Below, piece by piece: positions 8,305-17,452 of a DNA stretch of 64,000 nucleotides. How positions within the stretch are numbered: position 1 is the first letter of the stretch; every line of letters begins with the position of its first letter. The notes under the pieces are model-generated. The model saw only the letters and a list, made by a program, of their open reading frames with translations, was not told the DNA's origin and did no database searches. The stretch spans positions 373,325-437,324 of the forward strand of contig JBAZJW010000001.1 in the NCBI GenBank assembly GCA_041651055.1, in the 5' to 3' direction. The position numbers were made by a program, and so were the translations under genes. The stretch comes from Minisyncoccota bacterium. GTDB lineage: Bacteria > Patescibacteriota > Minisyncoccia > Phycocordibacterales > UBA5272.

Positions 8305-9639
8305 ATGAATGATGAAGTAAAAAAAGAAATAGCAAAAAGTGAGACGAAAGAAATAAAAAAAGAAACGCCTGTTTCTTTGAAAGGAATGGATGATCTTTTC
8401 GATGAAGACTACTACGCCTTCCAAGGTCTCTTTGAAAAGGCCCAAGAGGTCGCGGTGTACTATGGGTTCAAACCAATAGAAACCCCTCTTCTTGAGCAAG
8501 AAGAGGTCTTCGTTTCAGCTATCGGCGAAGGAACAGATATCATCGATAAAGAAATGTACACCTTCAAGACAAAAGGAGGTGAGCGTCTTGCTATTCGTCC
8601 AGAATATACCGCCGCTGTTATGCGCGCATACCTCGAGCACGGCATGCAAAATCTTTCACAGCCGATTCTCCTCTATTCATACGGACAAACCTTTCGCCAC
8701 GACAAGCCACAGCGCGGAAGATGGCGTCAGTTCAGACAATTCAACTTGGAAATTTTGGGTACAACAAAATCAATCGCTGATGCGCTGATTATTCGTACGC
8801 TCATGACTATTCTCGAAGAGTATGGATTCAAAGATCTCGTTATTGATATCAATTCAATGGGAGACAAAGAAACCCGTCCAGCGTTTATCAAAGAGCTCAC
8901 CAATTACTACAAGAAGCATCTCGAGACATTGTGTAAGGACTGTAATGAACGCATCAAAAATAATCCTCTTCGTCTACTCGACTGCAAGCAGCCACAGTGT
9001 CAGCCATTCAAAGAAAATGCACCATCATCGATTTCGTATCTTTCCAACGATGCTCGTAGTCACTTCAAGGAAGTGCTTCAGTACCTCGAAGAAATGGGTA
9101 TTCCGTATCGCGTAAATAATTCTCTTGTTCGTGGACAGAGCTATTACACACGCACAGTCTTTGAAGTTATCAAAGTTGACGTTGGTGAAGATGGAAAAGA
9201 AAAAGAAATCACTATCACAGGAGGAGGAAGATATGACAATCTCGCAAAGATGATGGGAAGCAAAAAGGATGTCCCTGCTGTCGGAACAGGTCTCAGTATG
9301 GAGCGTATTCGTATGTTCCCAGAATGTAAAGCCATCGCGCCGCGCATCATGAAGCCACCGAAAGTATATTTCATTCAGCTTGGGTTCGAAGCGAAGCTAA
9401 AGAGTCTCTGCATTATGGAAGTACTCCGCAAAGCTCGTATTCCAGTACACCAGTCGATCTCAAAAGACTCACTTGGTGCACAGTTAGCTAGTGCTGAAAA
9501 AATGGAAGTGCCTTACTGTATTATTTTCGGACAAAAAGAAGCAATGGATAATACGGTGATTGTGCGCAACATGTCAGTGCACTCACAAGATACCGTGAAG
9601 ATTGATGCTTTGAGTGATTATATTAAACACTTGAAATAG
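8305..9639 (+). CDS. hisS: histidine--tRNA ligase
   Basis: RPEYTAAVMRAY (motif 2 region) and GGGRYDNL (motif 3) of class II HisRS. The K/E-rich N-terminal 27 aa may not be translated; an alternative start is at 8386. Confidence 0.85.
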   Translation: MNDEVKKEIAKSETKEIKKETPVSLKGMDDLFDEDYYAFQGLFEKAQEVAVYYGFKPIETPLLEQEEVFVSAIGEGTDIIDKEMYTFKTKGGERLAIRPEYTAAVMRAYLEHGMQNLSQPILLYSYGQTFRHDKPQRGRWRQFRQFNLEILGTTKSIADALIIRTLMTILEEYGFKDLVIDINSMGDKETRPAFIKELTNYYKKHLETLCKDCNERIKNNPLRLLDCKQPQCQPFKENAPSSISYLSNDARSHFKEVLQYLEEMGIPYRVNNSLVRGQSYYTRTVFEVIKVDVGEDGKEKEITITGGGRYDNLAKMMGSKKDVPAVGTGLSMERIRMFPECKAIAPRIMKPPKVYFIQLGFEAKLKSLCIMEVLRKARIPVHQSISKDSLGAQLASAEKMEVPYCIIFGQKEAMDNTVIVRNMSVHSQDTVKIDALSDYIKHLK

Positions 9640-9666
9640 TCGGTGGTCTATGGCTAATAGACAAAT

Positions 9667-9703
9667 ACGAGCGGCGCCGAAGGCGCCGCTCGTATTTACT
9701 TTA
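9667..9703 (+). terminator. intrinsic terminator after hisS
   Basis: ACGAGCGGCGCC-GAAG-GCGCCGCTCGT hairpin followed by ATTTACTTTAT. Confidence 0.55.
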
Positions 9704-9750
9704 TACCCAAAGGTGATAGTATCTCAGTAAACCAACCAAAGGAGACCATC

Positions 9751-10251
9751 ATGGCCACCCCGCTCATTCAATACGTCGCGCAACCCAACGCTCGCGCTCA
9801 GAAACCAGAAGACACATGTCCCGCGTGTGGAAATCCACACGAAGAAGGAGAACCCCTCGTACCGTATCCAGTCACAGAAAAAGAAGCGGAACTCGTACTC
9901 CCAATTTTCCGGAATATAGGAGCAAAACTTCGTGTGGTTTTTGTTCCAGAACAAATTCCGAAATACCTCGCACGAGGTGTCAAAATCGAAAACGGCGCCG
10001 CTGTTTTTTCTGGGGATTTTCAAATGTTCGAAAACTCCAAGCCGTGTTTCAAGCTTTGGGCAAGTACAGAGGTCGAGGTCTTCAAAGAATTCAGATATGT
10101 GAGTGTTGATCTTGACTGGGACCCTGCAGACATTCTTTCCGTTGGATGGGCTTTTAATCCGAAAGACATCTACTGGAATTCCAAATGGACCGCTGAGGAT
10201 TTCCTTCGTGTCCACGGTCATAGAAACGGCCATCGCCAAAACAGTCAATGA
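9751..10251 (+). CDS. hypothetical protein, GC-rich orphan
   Basis: 166 aa. Strong SD ACCAACCAAAGGAGACCATC-ATG. ~52% GC versus ~40% for neighbours. The overlapping minus-strand ORF 9724..10296 is judged spurious. Confidence 0.5.
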   Translation: MATPLIQYVAQPNARAQKPEDTCPACGNPHEEGEPLVPYPVTEKEAELVLPIFRNIGAKLRVVFVPEQIPKYLARGVKIENGAAVFSGDFQMFENSKPCFKLWASTEVEVFKEFRYVSVDLDWDPADILSVGWAFNPKDIYWNSKWTAEDFLRVHGHRNGHRQNSQ

Positions 10252-10373
10252 ACCAACTGCACAACAACAGCAAGTCCACTCCGCAATCGCCCACACAAGT
10301 GGGCTTTTCTTTTGTCTTACCGTCTTCTAGCTTCTTGCTTCTGGCTTTTTTCTGTGCTAGAATTGTCAAACAT

Positions 10374-10622
10374 ATGTCAAACGTAAACGTAGAAGTAAAA
10401 AAGAACCCGAGCGAAAACGCTCTTTCTCTTGTTCGTCGCTTTCAGAAGCGTGTTCAGGAATCAGGCATCCTTCCTCGTGTTCGTGGAATCCGTTACAGTG
10501 ATCGTCCACTCTCAGAATTAAAAACAAAACGTGCCAAGCTAAAGAAATTAAAGAATCTTGCAAAGTACGAACAGGACAAGAAAATGGGTAAGGTTGTGGA
10601 ACGAAAGAAAGGCCGCAGATAG
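10374..10622 (+). CDS. rpsU: 30S ribosomal protein S21
   Basis: MSNVNVEVKKNPSENALSLVRRFQKRVQESGILPRVRGIRYSDRPLSELKTKRAKLKKL matches the S21 family pattern (ALRRFKR...G.L.E.RRR..YEKP...RKR). Confidence 0.7.
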   Translation: MSNVNVEVKKNPSENALSLVRRFQKRVQESGILPRVRGIRYSDRPLSELKTKRAKLKKLKNLAKYEQDKKMGKVVERKKGRR

Positions 10623-10726
10623 AAATTAGCCAATAGGGTGTAGGGTATAGTAAAATGCATAATACCGAACGTGTTATGCATTTTGCATTTCACTATTGGC
10701 TATACCCTAGTGGCTAACAACTAAAA

Positions 10727-11125
10727 ATGTCTATACTAGAAAAAAATAACTTAACAGTAATTCGTAAGAACGGAAAAATTCCCGCTCTTCCTTTTTTAGA
10801 TCTCAAAGAAAAAATTCTTGGGAAAAGCTACGACCTTACGATTGTTTTTTGTTCACCAGAAGAATCTCGTGAACGAAACAAAACGTATCGAGACAAAGAC
10901 TACCCGACGAATATTCTTTCATTCCCCCTTTCAGATACAGAAGGAGAAATATACATATCGCTCATAACAGCGAGACGTGATGCTCACACATTCGAAATGT
11001 CATACCAAAAATTCCTACATCTCCTTATCATCCACGGCATGCTTCATTTGAAAGGACACGATCATGGTAGTACAATGGAAGAGCTAGAAGATTCGTATGT
11101 ACGCAAATTCTTCGCGATAAACTAA
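10727..11125 (+). CDS. ybeY: rRNA maturation endoribonuclease YbeY
   Basis: HGMLHLKGHDH metal-binding motif (H..LHL.G.DH). Confidence 0.85.
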   Translation: MSILEKNNLTVIRKNGKIPALPFLDLKEKILGKSYDLTIVFCSPEESRERNKTYRDKDYPTNILSFPLSDTEGEIYISLITARRDAHTFEMSYQKFLHLLIIHGMLHLKGHDHGSTMEELEDSYVRKFFAIN

Positions 11126-11152
11126 TACTCTGTGGCACGAACTATACAAGAC

Positions 11153-12298
11153 ATGATTGTGGGTATCGATATCGGAAGCGGAAGCTTGCGTGCAATTGGT
11201 GCGATTCAACAAGAAGGCGTCAGGTTCCCTGTCGTTGTCGCTACTTACAAAAAAAGTATTGAGGGTATTGACCGCGGCACCATCACGGACAGTGCAGAAG
11301 TTACTCATGCTATCATCGATGCCGTTACGACACTCGAAGAAGAGTCTGGTCGCAACACCCTTCACACACTCATCTCTCTCGGAGCGGCGGGTCTTTCATC
11401 ACACCATGCAAATGGTCACGCCCAAGTGTCTCGCGGCGACGCATCAGTGACTGATTTAGATATTGAAAATGCAATTAAAGATGCCAACCGTGGGGTACCA
11501 GACATTCGCAACAAAGCCGTCATACATACGATTCCCATGAAGTACAAGTTAGACGGTGTCGATGTTCCTGGAAATATTATCGGTGTACGCGGTAATAAAC
11601 TTGAAGTACGAACCCTCTTCGTAACCTATCCACTACAATGCATGACCGTGCTCAAAAAAGCCCTCGCTGATGCCGGTGTACGCATCACAGACATCGTTGC
11701 TGGCCCTGTTGCTGAAAGCATTCCCCTTCTTACCAAGAAGCAGAAGGTCGCAGGTGTCGCCCTCATCAATATAGGTGCTGGTGTCACTTCTATTCTCGTG
11801 TATGAAAATAATATTCCCCTCCTTGTCTCCACTATTCCTGTTGGAGGCGATGACATTACCAAAGACATTGCCCTTGGGTTAAAAGTCACACTCGAAGAAG
11901 CTGAAGAAATAAAATGTAGACGAGCACAAACACATTTCGAGCGTCGTGTAGAAGAAATTATCGAAGCACGTCTAGAAGATTTGTGTGTAAAAATAAATAA
12001 AGAACTCTCGCGCATCGGTAGACAAGAACTACTTCCTGCTGGCATCGTCGTGTGTGGTTCTGCCTCACTTGTCTCTCGACTTGAATACGTCTTTCGTAAC
12101 GAACTCAAACTACCAATCAAACTCACCACCAATGAGCTTGTACGGCTAACCAACGATGCGCTTCGCGACAGTGGATGGGCACGTGTTTATGGTCTCACAT
12201 TCCTCGCACCGAACGACAGTGAAAATGATGTTATTCGTGAACTTTTCGCATCGTTCATCACGCGTATCAAAAAAATGGTTACTCAGTTTTTGCCATAG
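11153..12298 (+). CDS. ftsA: cell division protein FtsA
   Basis: MIVGIDIGSGSLRA actin-like ATPase N-terminus; located directly upstream of ftsZ. The ORF track starts at GTG 11132. Confidence 0.8.
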   Translation: MIVGIDIGSGSLRAIGAIQQEGVRFPVVVATYKKSIEGIDRGTITDSAEVTHAIIDAVTTLEEESGRNTLHTLISLGAAGLSSHHANGHAQVSRGDASVTDLDIENAIKDANRGVPDIRNKAVIHTIPMKYKLDGVDVPGNIIGVRGNKLEVRTLFVTYPLQCMTVLKKALADAGVRITDIVAGPVAESIPLLTKKQKVAGVALINIGAGVTSILVYENNIPLLVSTIPVGGDDITKDIALGLKVTLEEAEEIKCRRAQTHFERRVEEIIEARLEDLCVKINKELSRIGRQELLPAGIVVCGSASLVSRLEYVFRNELKLPIKLTTNELVRLTNDALRDSGWARVYGLTFLAPNDSENDVIRELFASFITRIKKMVTQFLP

Positions 12299-12427
12299 GG
12301 CCCAGTTAGGGGTTAACCGTTAGGAGTTAGGGGTACACATAAAAGCCTTATTTTGTTTACTGTTTTCTTACTCCTAACCCCTAACCGCCAACCCCTAACG
12401 GGGTTGGCAACAACACAAATTTTTTCT

Positions 12428-12457
12428 TTGCACAAGCCCTCACTGGTTTGCTATAGT
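12428..12457 (+). promoter_or_regulatory. putative sigma70-type promoter for ftsZ
   Basis: TTGCAC (12428-12433), an 18-nt spacer, then TATAGT (12452-12457), 27 nt before the ATG. Confidence 0.4.
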
Positions 12458-12483
12458 TTTAGTATTAATCAACACATATTCCT

Positions 12484-13752
12484 ATGGCAAAAGTAAATCC
12501 AGAAATTGAAAGCTTCGCTCGTATTAAGGTCATCGGTATCGGTGGTTCTGGTAAAGGTGCACTCAATCATATGATCAATTCAAAACTCCAAGGAGTTGAA
12601 TTCATCGCGATGAACACAGACACACAAGATCTTCATCACTCTCTCGCTGAGAAGAAAATTCATATCGGTAAAAATCTCACCAAAGGACTTGGAGCAGGAA
12701 TGGACCCGGAAATTGGAAAACGTTCTGCTGAAGAAACTCGTGAGGAAGTCCAAGATGTTATTAAAGGGGCAGATATGGTATTCATTGCAAGCGGTATGGG
12801 TGGTGGAACGGGAACAGGCGCCGCGCCTGTGATCGCATCTATTGCAAAGAACGAAGGCATTCTTACTATCGGTGTCGTGACCAAACCATTCTTCTTTGAA
12901 GGAGCGTCCCGTATGAAGCTTGCAGAACGCGGTCTTGAAGAACTCGAGAAGGAAGTGGATGCACTTATTGTTATTCCAAACGATCGACTTCTTTCTGTCA
13001 TTGATAAAAACACATCTGTGAAGCAGGCTTTTGAAATGTGTGATGAAGTTTTGAAACAAGCAGTTGAAGGTATTTCTGATATTATTCGTACAGCCGGAAC
13101 AATCAACCTCGACTTTGCTGATATTAAGAGAATTTTGAAAGACTCAGGAACGGCTCTTATGGGTGTAGGGCGAGGCATGGGTGAAAATCGCGCACGTGAA
13201 GCAGCTACGGCAGCTGTAAATTCCCCTCTTCTTGATGTTTCTATTCATGGAGCAAAGGGTGTACTCTTTGCTATCTACGGAGCAGAAGATCTTGGAATGC
13301 TCGAAGTACAAGAAGCTGCGAAGATTATTACAGAATCAGTTGATAAGGATGCAAAGATTATTTTTGGTATCGCAACAGATCCAACTCTTAAAAAGGATGA
13401 GATCAAGGTGACTGTTATTGCAACAGGATTTCCAAGTGGATTTTCTACACGCGGACATTCTTCCCCTTCATCTCCTGTTATTGAAACACGACGAGAGACA
13501 GAAGCCCTTCACCCAGAACCACGTATCGAAAAGACAGAAACAATTCGTGAGGCAGTAAAGGAAGCCCGTGAATCACATGTCGCACCGACAGATAGACGTA
13601 TTGATCTTGAAATAGGAAATGAAGAAACAAAAGAAGACGAAGATGCGAAGAAACCAAAAGTAGAAGCAAAGAAAACAGTATTTAAATTTGATGACGATGA
13701 AGAGGATGATGAATGGGAAGCATTGCCACCATTCCTCAGGCGAAAGAAGTAA
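12484..13752 (+). CDS. ftsZ: cell division GTPase FtsZ
   Basis: GGGTGTGAAPVIA tubulin signature. Long E/K-rich C-terminal linker. Confidence 0.9.
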   Translation: MAKVNPEIESFARIKVIGIGGSGKGALNHMINSKLQGVEFIAMNTDTQDLHHSLAEKKIHIGKNLTKGLGAGMDPEIGKRSAEETREEVQDVIKGADMVFIASGMGGGTGTGAAPVIASIAKNEGILTIGVVTKPFFFEGASRMKLAERGLEELEKEVDALIVIPNDRLLSVIDKNTSVKQAFEMCDEVLKQAVEGISDIIRTAGTINLDFADIKRILKDSGTALMGVGRGMGENRAREAATAAVNSPLLDVSIHGAKGVLFAIYGAEDLGMLEVQEAAKIITESVDKDAKIIFGIATDPTLKKDEIKVTVIATGFPSGFSTRGHSSPSSPVIETRRETEALHPEPRIEKTETIREAVKEARESHVAPTDRRIDLEIGNEETKEDEDAKKPKVEAKKTVFKFDDDEEDDEWEALPPFLRRKK

Positions 13753-13885
13753 AACAAATAAAATTACTTCATCTGCTTCGTTGCACAAGATTTTTGTTCC
13801 CGCGAAGTACTATTCGTACATCTTGGTCACAAAAATCTTGTGCGCCTTGCATCTAAAGCAATTTTCTTAGTTTTGGTAATTAAAA

Positions 13886-13914
13886 AACCGAGTCGTACGA
13901 CTCGGTTTTTTTAT
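13886..13914 (+). terminator. intrinsic terminator after ftsZ
   Basis: AACCGAGTCGTACGACTCGGTT perfect hairpin followed by TTTTTTTATT. Confidence 0.8.
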
Positions 13915-13989
13915 TACTTCTTTCGGCATCATCAGGTGAATTGATAATTTAAAATTTTTAATTTTTATTAAACACTACCAAAAACGATG

Positions 13990-13998
13990 TGATATAAT
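13990..13998 (+). promoter_or_regulatory. extended -10 element TGATATAAT
   Basis: TGnTATAAT lying 8 nt upstream of ATG 14007, implying a leaderless or near-leaderless transcript. Confidence 0.5.
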
Positions 13999-14006
13999 TG
14001 ACTTCT

Positions 14007-14966
14007 ATGCCCACCACATCCACTCTCTCCTCTTCCCTCTCACCTCTTGCCTACGATTTAATAATCGTAGGAGGTGGTCCCGCTGGTACTGCTGCGGCCG
14101 TCTATGCTGCTCGTAAGCAATTACGCTCGCTTCTCATTGTAAAAGAATGGGGAGGTCAATCAACGGTCTCAGATGATATTCAAAACTGGATTGGCACACC
14201 ACACATTTCTGGTGCGAATCTCGCAGCATCATTCAAGTCTCATATCGATGAATACAGAGGTGATATTCTTTCTGTTGCTGAAGGTTCTGGTGTCACCGCT
14301 ATTACAGGCACAGACGGCGACTTCACCGTCACTCTAGAAAACGGAAACGAACACAAAGGAAAGACCGTGATCATTGCCACAGGATCATCTCGTAGGAAAT
14401 TAGACATACCTGGTGCAGATATTTTCGAAAACAAAGGCATCACCTATTGTGCTTCATGCGATGGGCCACTTTTTTCTGGCATGGATGTAGTTGTTGTTGG
14501 TGGAGGAAATGCAGGCTTTGAATCTGCAGCTCAACTTCTCGCTTACTGTAAATCCGTCACACTTCTTTCACGAAGTGAGCCTCGGGCAGACGCCATTACC
14601 GTTGCAAAATTAAAGCAGCGTGAAAACTTTACCCTCGTTACCAATGCCGTTCCCAAGAATGTGCAGGGTTCAGTCTTTGTAGAATCTATTACCTACACCA
14701 AGTCAGAAACAAACGAAGACGTCACACTCCCTGTAGCTGCTGTCTTTGTCGAAATAGGACAACTTCCAGCCACAGACTTCGCGAAAGCTATTGTGAATCG
14801 TGATGCGACGAATCACATCATCATCAATCCACGTACACAAGAAACCTCTACTGTTGGCATCTGGTCAGCCGGTGACTGTACGGACGTGCTCTATCATCAA
14901 AACAATATCGCAGCTGGAGATGCTGTGCGAGCCTTAGAAGATATCTACCTCCATATTCACGCCTAA
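14007..14966 (+). CDS. trxB: thioredoxin-disulfide reductase-like FAD/NAD(P)-dependent oxidoreductase
   Basis: YDLIIVGGGPAGTAAAVYAAR FAD-binding Rossmann fold, CASC redox-active disulfide, VVVVGGGNAGFESA NADPH site. The ORF track starts at TTG 13998. Confidence 0.7.
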   Translation: MPTTSTLSSSLSPLAYDLIIVGGGPAGTAAAVYAARKQLRSLLIVKEWGGQSTVSDDIQNWIGTPHISGANLAASFKSHIDEYRGDILSVAEGSGVTAITGTDGDFTVTLENGNEHKGKTVIIATGSSRRKLDIPGADIFENKGITYCASCDGPLFSGMDVVVVGGGNAGFESAAQLLAYCKSVTLLSRSEPRADAITVAKLKQRENFTLVTNAVPKNVQGSVFVESITYTKSETNEDVTLPVAAVFVEIGQLPATDFAKAIVNRDATNHIIINPRTQETSTVGIWSAGDCTDVLYHQNNIAAGDAVRALEDIYLHIHA

Positions 14967-15023
14967 GTCGTTAGTCGTTAGTCGTTAGTCGTTAGTCGTT
15001 AGTCGTTAGTCGTTAGTCGTTAG
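14967..15023. repeat. tandem 8-mer repeat (GTCGTTAG), ~7 copies
   Basis: Direct reading. It begins immediately after the trxB stop codon. Confidence 0.95.
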
Positions 15024-15100
15024 GTAAATTGTAATGCGGGATAATTTGCTTTGCAAATTATCCCGCATTACCTAACGAAGAACACCCTAACGTCCTAACT
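15021..15100 (+). repeat. 80-bp hairpin module, copy 1
   Basis: Perfect stem GTAATGCGGGATAATTTG-CTTTG-CAAATTATCCCGCATTAC, followed by CCTAACGAAGAAC-ACCCTAACGTCCTAACT. Confidence 0.9.
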
Positions 15101-15141
15101 GCAAAATGGTCAACGGCTGTCCATTTTGCTATGCTTGAAGG

Positions 15142-16884
15142 ATGCAAAAATATCTCTCTCTTATTGTTCGTCTCTGGAAAATGCTTAAACCTTTCCACAA
15201 AGACTTCTACTTACAGCTCTTCTCAACAATTATTCAACAAGGAATAACCGTATACGTTATTTACCTGACAGCAAAAGTTCTCGACAATCTCATTCATAAA
15301 AATTTTGAGGTAGCTCTTACTTTAGTGGGTATTACCACTACAATTTCTCTTGCGAAAGTCATCATTGCTTACTTCACCGAAATACATGCCCAGAACAATC
15401 TAGACTTTGCAATACAACAACACCTTCAAGAATATTCATTTAAGAAAATATTCAAATTAAACATTTCTCAATACACAGAAGATCACTCAGCAGTTAAACA
15501 GCAAGTTATAGACCGCGGTGAAGCAGCGATAGACACTATCATCTCTACGCTCATACTAAACCTTCTCCCGACAATAACCCAAGTGCTCTTTGCTATTATT
15601 GCTATTTCATTTTACTCAAAAATAGTTGGTATATGGACCTTTACCTCGCTTCTTATTGTGGTTTTGTGGAGTAACTACTTTGCGAAATATCATAGACCAT
15701 TCATAAAACAAGATATTGAAAATGGTGACAGACAAAAGAGAGTGCGAACAGAATCATTCCAACATCTAAGCCTCATTCGAACCCTTGGTGCCGAAGACTT
15801 CTATCTTGAAAAGTACCTCAACAGTAGACAAAAGGTTATGGACTACAAAAAGTTTGTGTGGAACATTGCCATAAAACATGGCCACAGAAGGTATGGATTC
15901 TTCACGGCATCCAGATCCTTTAGCACCGTCATTATTATTTACTTGGCATACATGGGGACAATAACCGTCGGATCAATCTACGCTGTTTGGGCGTATATCA
16001 GCGAAGCCAATAGTCAGATATTTAGTATTATTCAAGCAATACGACAAATGCCGCTTCGCTTTAGTGAGCTCGAAAAGTACCTAGACATTGTCGACAAAGA
16101 AGCTCTCTTTGACGAGCACGGAAAGAAAACAAAACTTGTTGGTGATATTGTTTTAAACAAGCTCACCTTCAAGTATCCACAGGGAAATATCGAGCTCTTC
16201 AATAATCTTTCTCTCACCATCCCCTACGGTAAAAAAGTTGCTTTCGTAGGTTCATCTGGTTCTGGAAAGTCCACCATTGTTAAATTGCTTCTTCGTATAT
16301 ATACCTACGATGAAGGCTCTATCACTATCGGTGGAGTGGAACTAAAAAACATAGAGGGTAAATATCTTCGAGAGAGTATTGGGTATGTTGAGCAGCACGT
16401 AGATCTCTTCGATGAAACCATACGAGAAAATATTTTAGTCGGTATAAAAAATAAAGACAAAAAAAGTGCAGAGAGAAGGTTGGGTGAAGTTGCAGAACAA
16501 TCTCGCATTTCTGAATTCTACCATCGCCTCGGTAAAGAAAAGTTCGACACGTACATCGGTGAACGTGGTGTGAAATTATCAGGTGGCGAACGTCAGCGTA
16601 TCGGTATCGCACGCGCAATTATCAAGAATCCAGACATCCTCATCTTCGACGAAGCAACGGCATCACTGGACGCAGAGAATGAAGCAAAGGTAATGGAAGC
16701 TATCAACGACGTCTCTCATGGAAAAACATCCATCATTATTGCCCATAGACTCTCTACCGTACGAGATGCTGATAAAATCATCGTCATGGATAAAGGGCAC
16801 GTTGTTGGTGAAGGAACTCACGATGAGTTGATGCAATCGTGTGACATATACCAAAATCTCGTCGCACACCAGTTATCAAGTTAA
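15142..16884 (+). CDS. ABC transporter, fused permease/ATP-binding protein (exporter type)
   Basis: Six N-terminal TM helices, then Walker A GSSGSGKST, ABC signature LSGGERQRIGIARA and Walker B ILIFDEATASLD. Confidence 0.8.
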   Translation: MQKYLSLIVRLWKMLKPFHKDFYLQLFSTIIQQGITVYVIYLTAKVLDNLIHKNFEVALTLVGITTTISLAKVIIAYFTEIHAQNNLDFAIQQHLQEYSFKKIFKLNISQYTEDHSAVKQQVIDRGEAAIDTIISTLILNLLPTITQVLFAIIAISFYSKIVGIWTFTSLLIVVLWSNYFAKYHRPFIKQDIENGDRQKRVRTESFQHLSLIRTLGAEDFYLEKYLNSRQKVMDYKKFVWNIAIKHGHRRYGFFTASRSFSTVIIIYLAYMGTITVGSIYAVWAYISEANSQIFSIIQAIRQMPLRFSELEKYLDIVDKEALFDEHGKKTKLVGDIVLNKLTFKYPQGNIELFNNLSLTIPYGKKVAFVGSSGSGKSTIVKLLLRIYTYDEGSITIGGVELKNIEGKYLRESIGYVEQHVDLFDETIRENILVGIKNKDKKSAERRLGEVAEQSRISEFYHRLGKEKFDTYIGERGVKLSGGERQRIGIARAIIKNPDILIFDEATASLDAENEAKVMEAINDVSHGKTSIIIAHRLSTVRDADKIIVMDKGHVVGEGTHDELMQSCDIYQNLVAHQLSS

Positions 16885-16888
16885 ATGT

Positions 16889-16976
16889 TAGTCGTTAGGT
16901 AAACTGTAATGCGGGATAATTTGCTTTGCAAATTATCCCGCATTACCTAACGAAGAACGCCCTAACGTCCTAACTT
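16889..16976 (+). repeat. 80-bp hairpin module, copy 2
   Basis: Near-identical to 15021-15100 and in the same orientation, so the two copies flank the ABC gene as direct repeats. Confidence 0.9.
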
Positions 16977-17306
16977 CCCCTTCGGTAACTTCGCAACCGT
17001 TAGCGCCACATCCAACCATACCTCTCTCTTTGTTCTGTCTTCGTATATTTCTGATGGTACAAGGAAATAATATAAATGCGCATCTTTCCCTTCCTTTGTG
17101 TAGGTAAACTGTTTACTTCCTCGATCTAGATACCATGATGCCAATTCTTTTGATCCCTTGAAATACACTTCGTCGTTTTCGACGAGAGCAAAGGCCTTCC
17201 CTTCATAGTACAAAATATGCGCGCCCATCATGGCGCGAAAGGTAATCGGTTCAGATTCACCGAATATGTCATATACGATATATTCGAGAAAAGGTGTCGT
17301 CTTCAT
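16962..17306 (-). CDS. TfoX N-terminal domain-like protein
   Basis: RAMMGAHILYYEGKAFALVENDEVYFKG resembles the TfoX_N pattern (FGGYGLY.DG..FALI.D..LYLK). Confidence 0.4.
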   Translation of the reverse strand: MKTTPFLEYIVYDIFGESEPITFRAMMGAHILYYEGKAFALVENDEVYFKGSKELASWYLDRGSKQFTYTKEGKDAHLYYFLVPSEIYEDRTKREVWLDVALTVAKLPKGKLGR

Positions 17307-17386
17307 AACGACCAGTCTATAAAGTTAAAAGCAAAAAGTCCATAAAGGGATAAGGGCGGCCACTTCGTGGCCGCCCGTGTTCTCTT

Positions 17387-17413
17387 AAAACTAAAAACTG
17401 GAAACTAAAAACT
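17387..17413 (+). promoter_or_regulatory. A-rich AAAACT box, copy 2
   Basis: AAAACTAAAAACTGGAAACTAAAAACT, 23 nt upstream of TGCTATACT (17437-17445), which lies 7 nt before ATG 17453. Confidence 0.5.
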
Positions 17414-17452
17414 ATTTCATAGACTTTCCACTCTGCTGCTATACTATCTGGT

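Noticed and set aside
8233-8499. 88-aa minus ORF overlapping the hisS start, rich in F/Y/K
   Set aside because: It is the reverse frame of the K/E-rich N-terminal extension of hisS and has no independent support.
9724-10296. 190-aa minus-strand ORF overlapping the 9751..10251 plus-strand ORF
   Set aside because: The plus-strand ORF has a strong AAGGAGACC ribosome-binding site at ideal spacing. The minus ORF is Cys/Trp-rich with odd composition and no translation signals.
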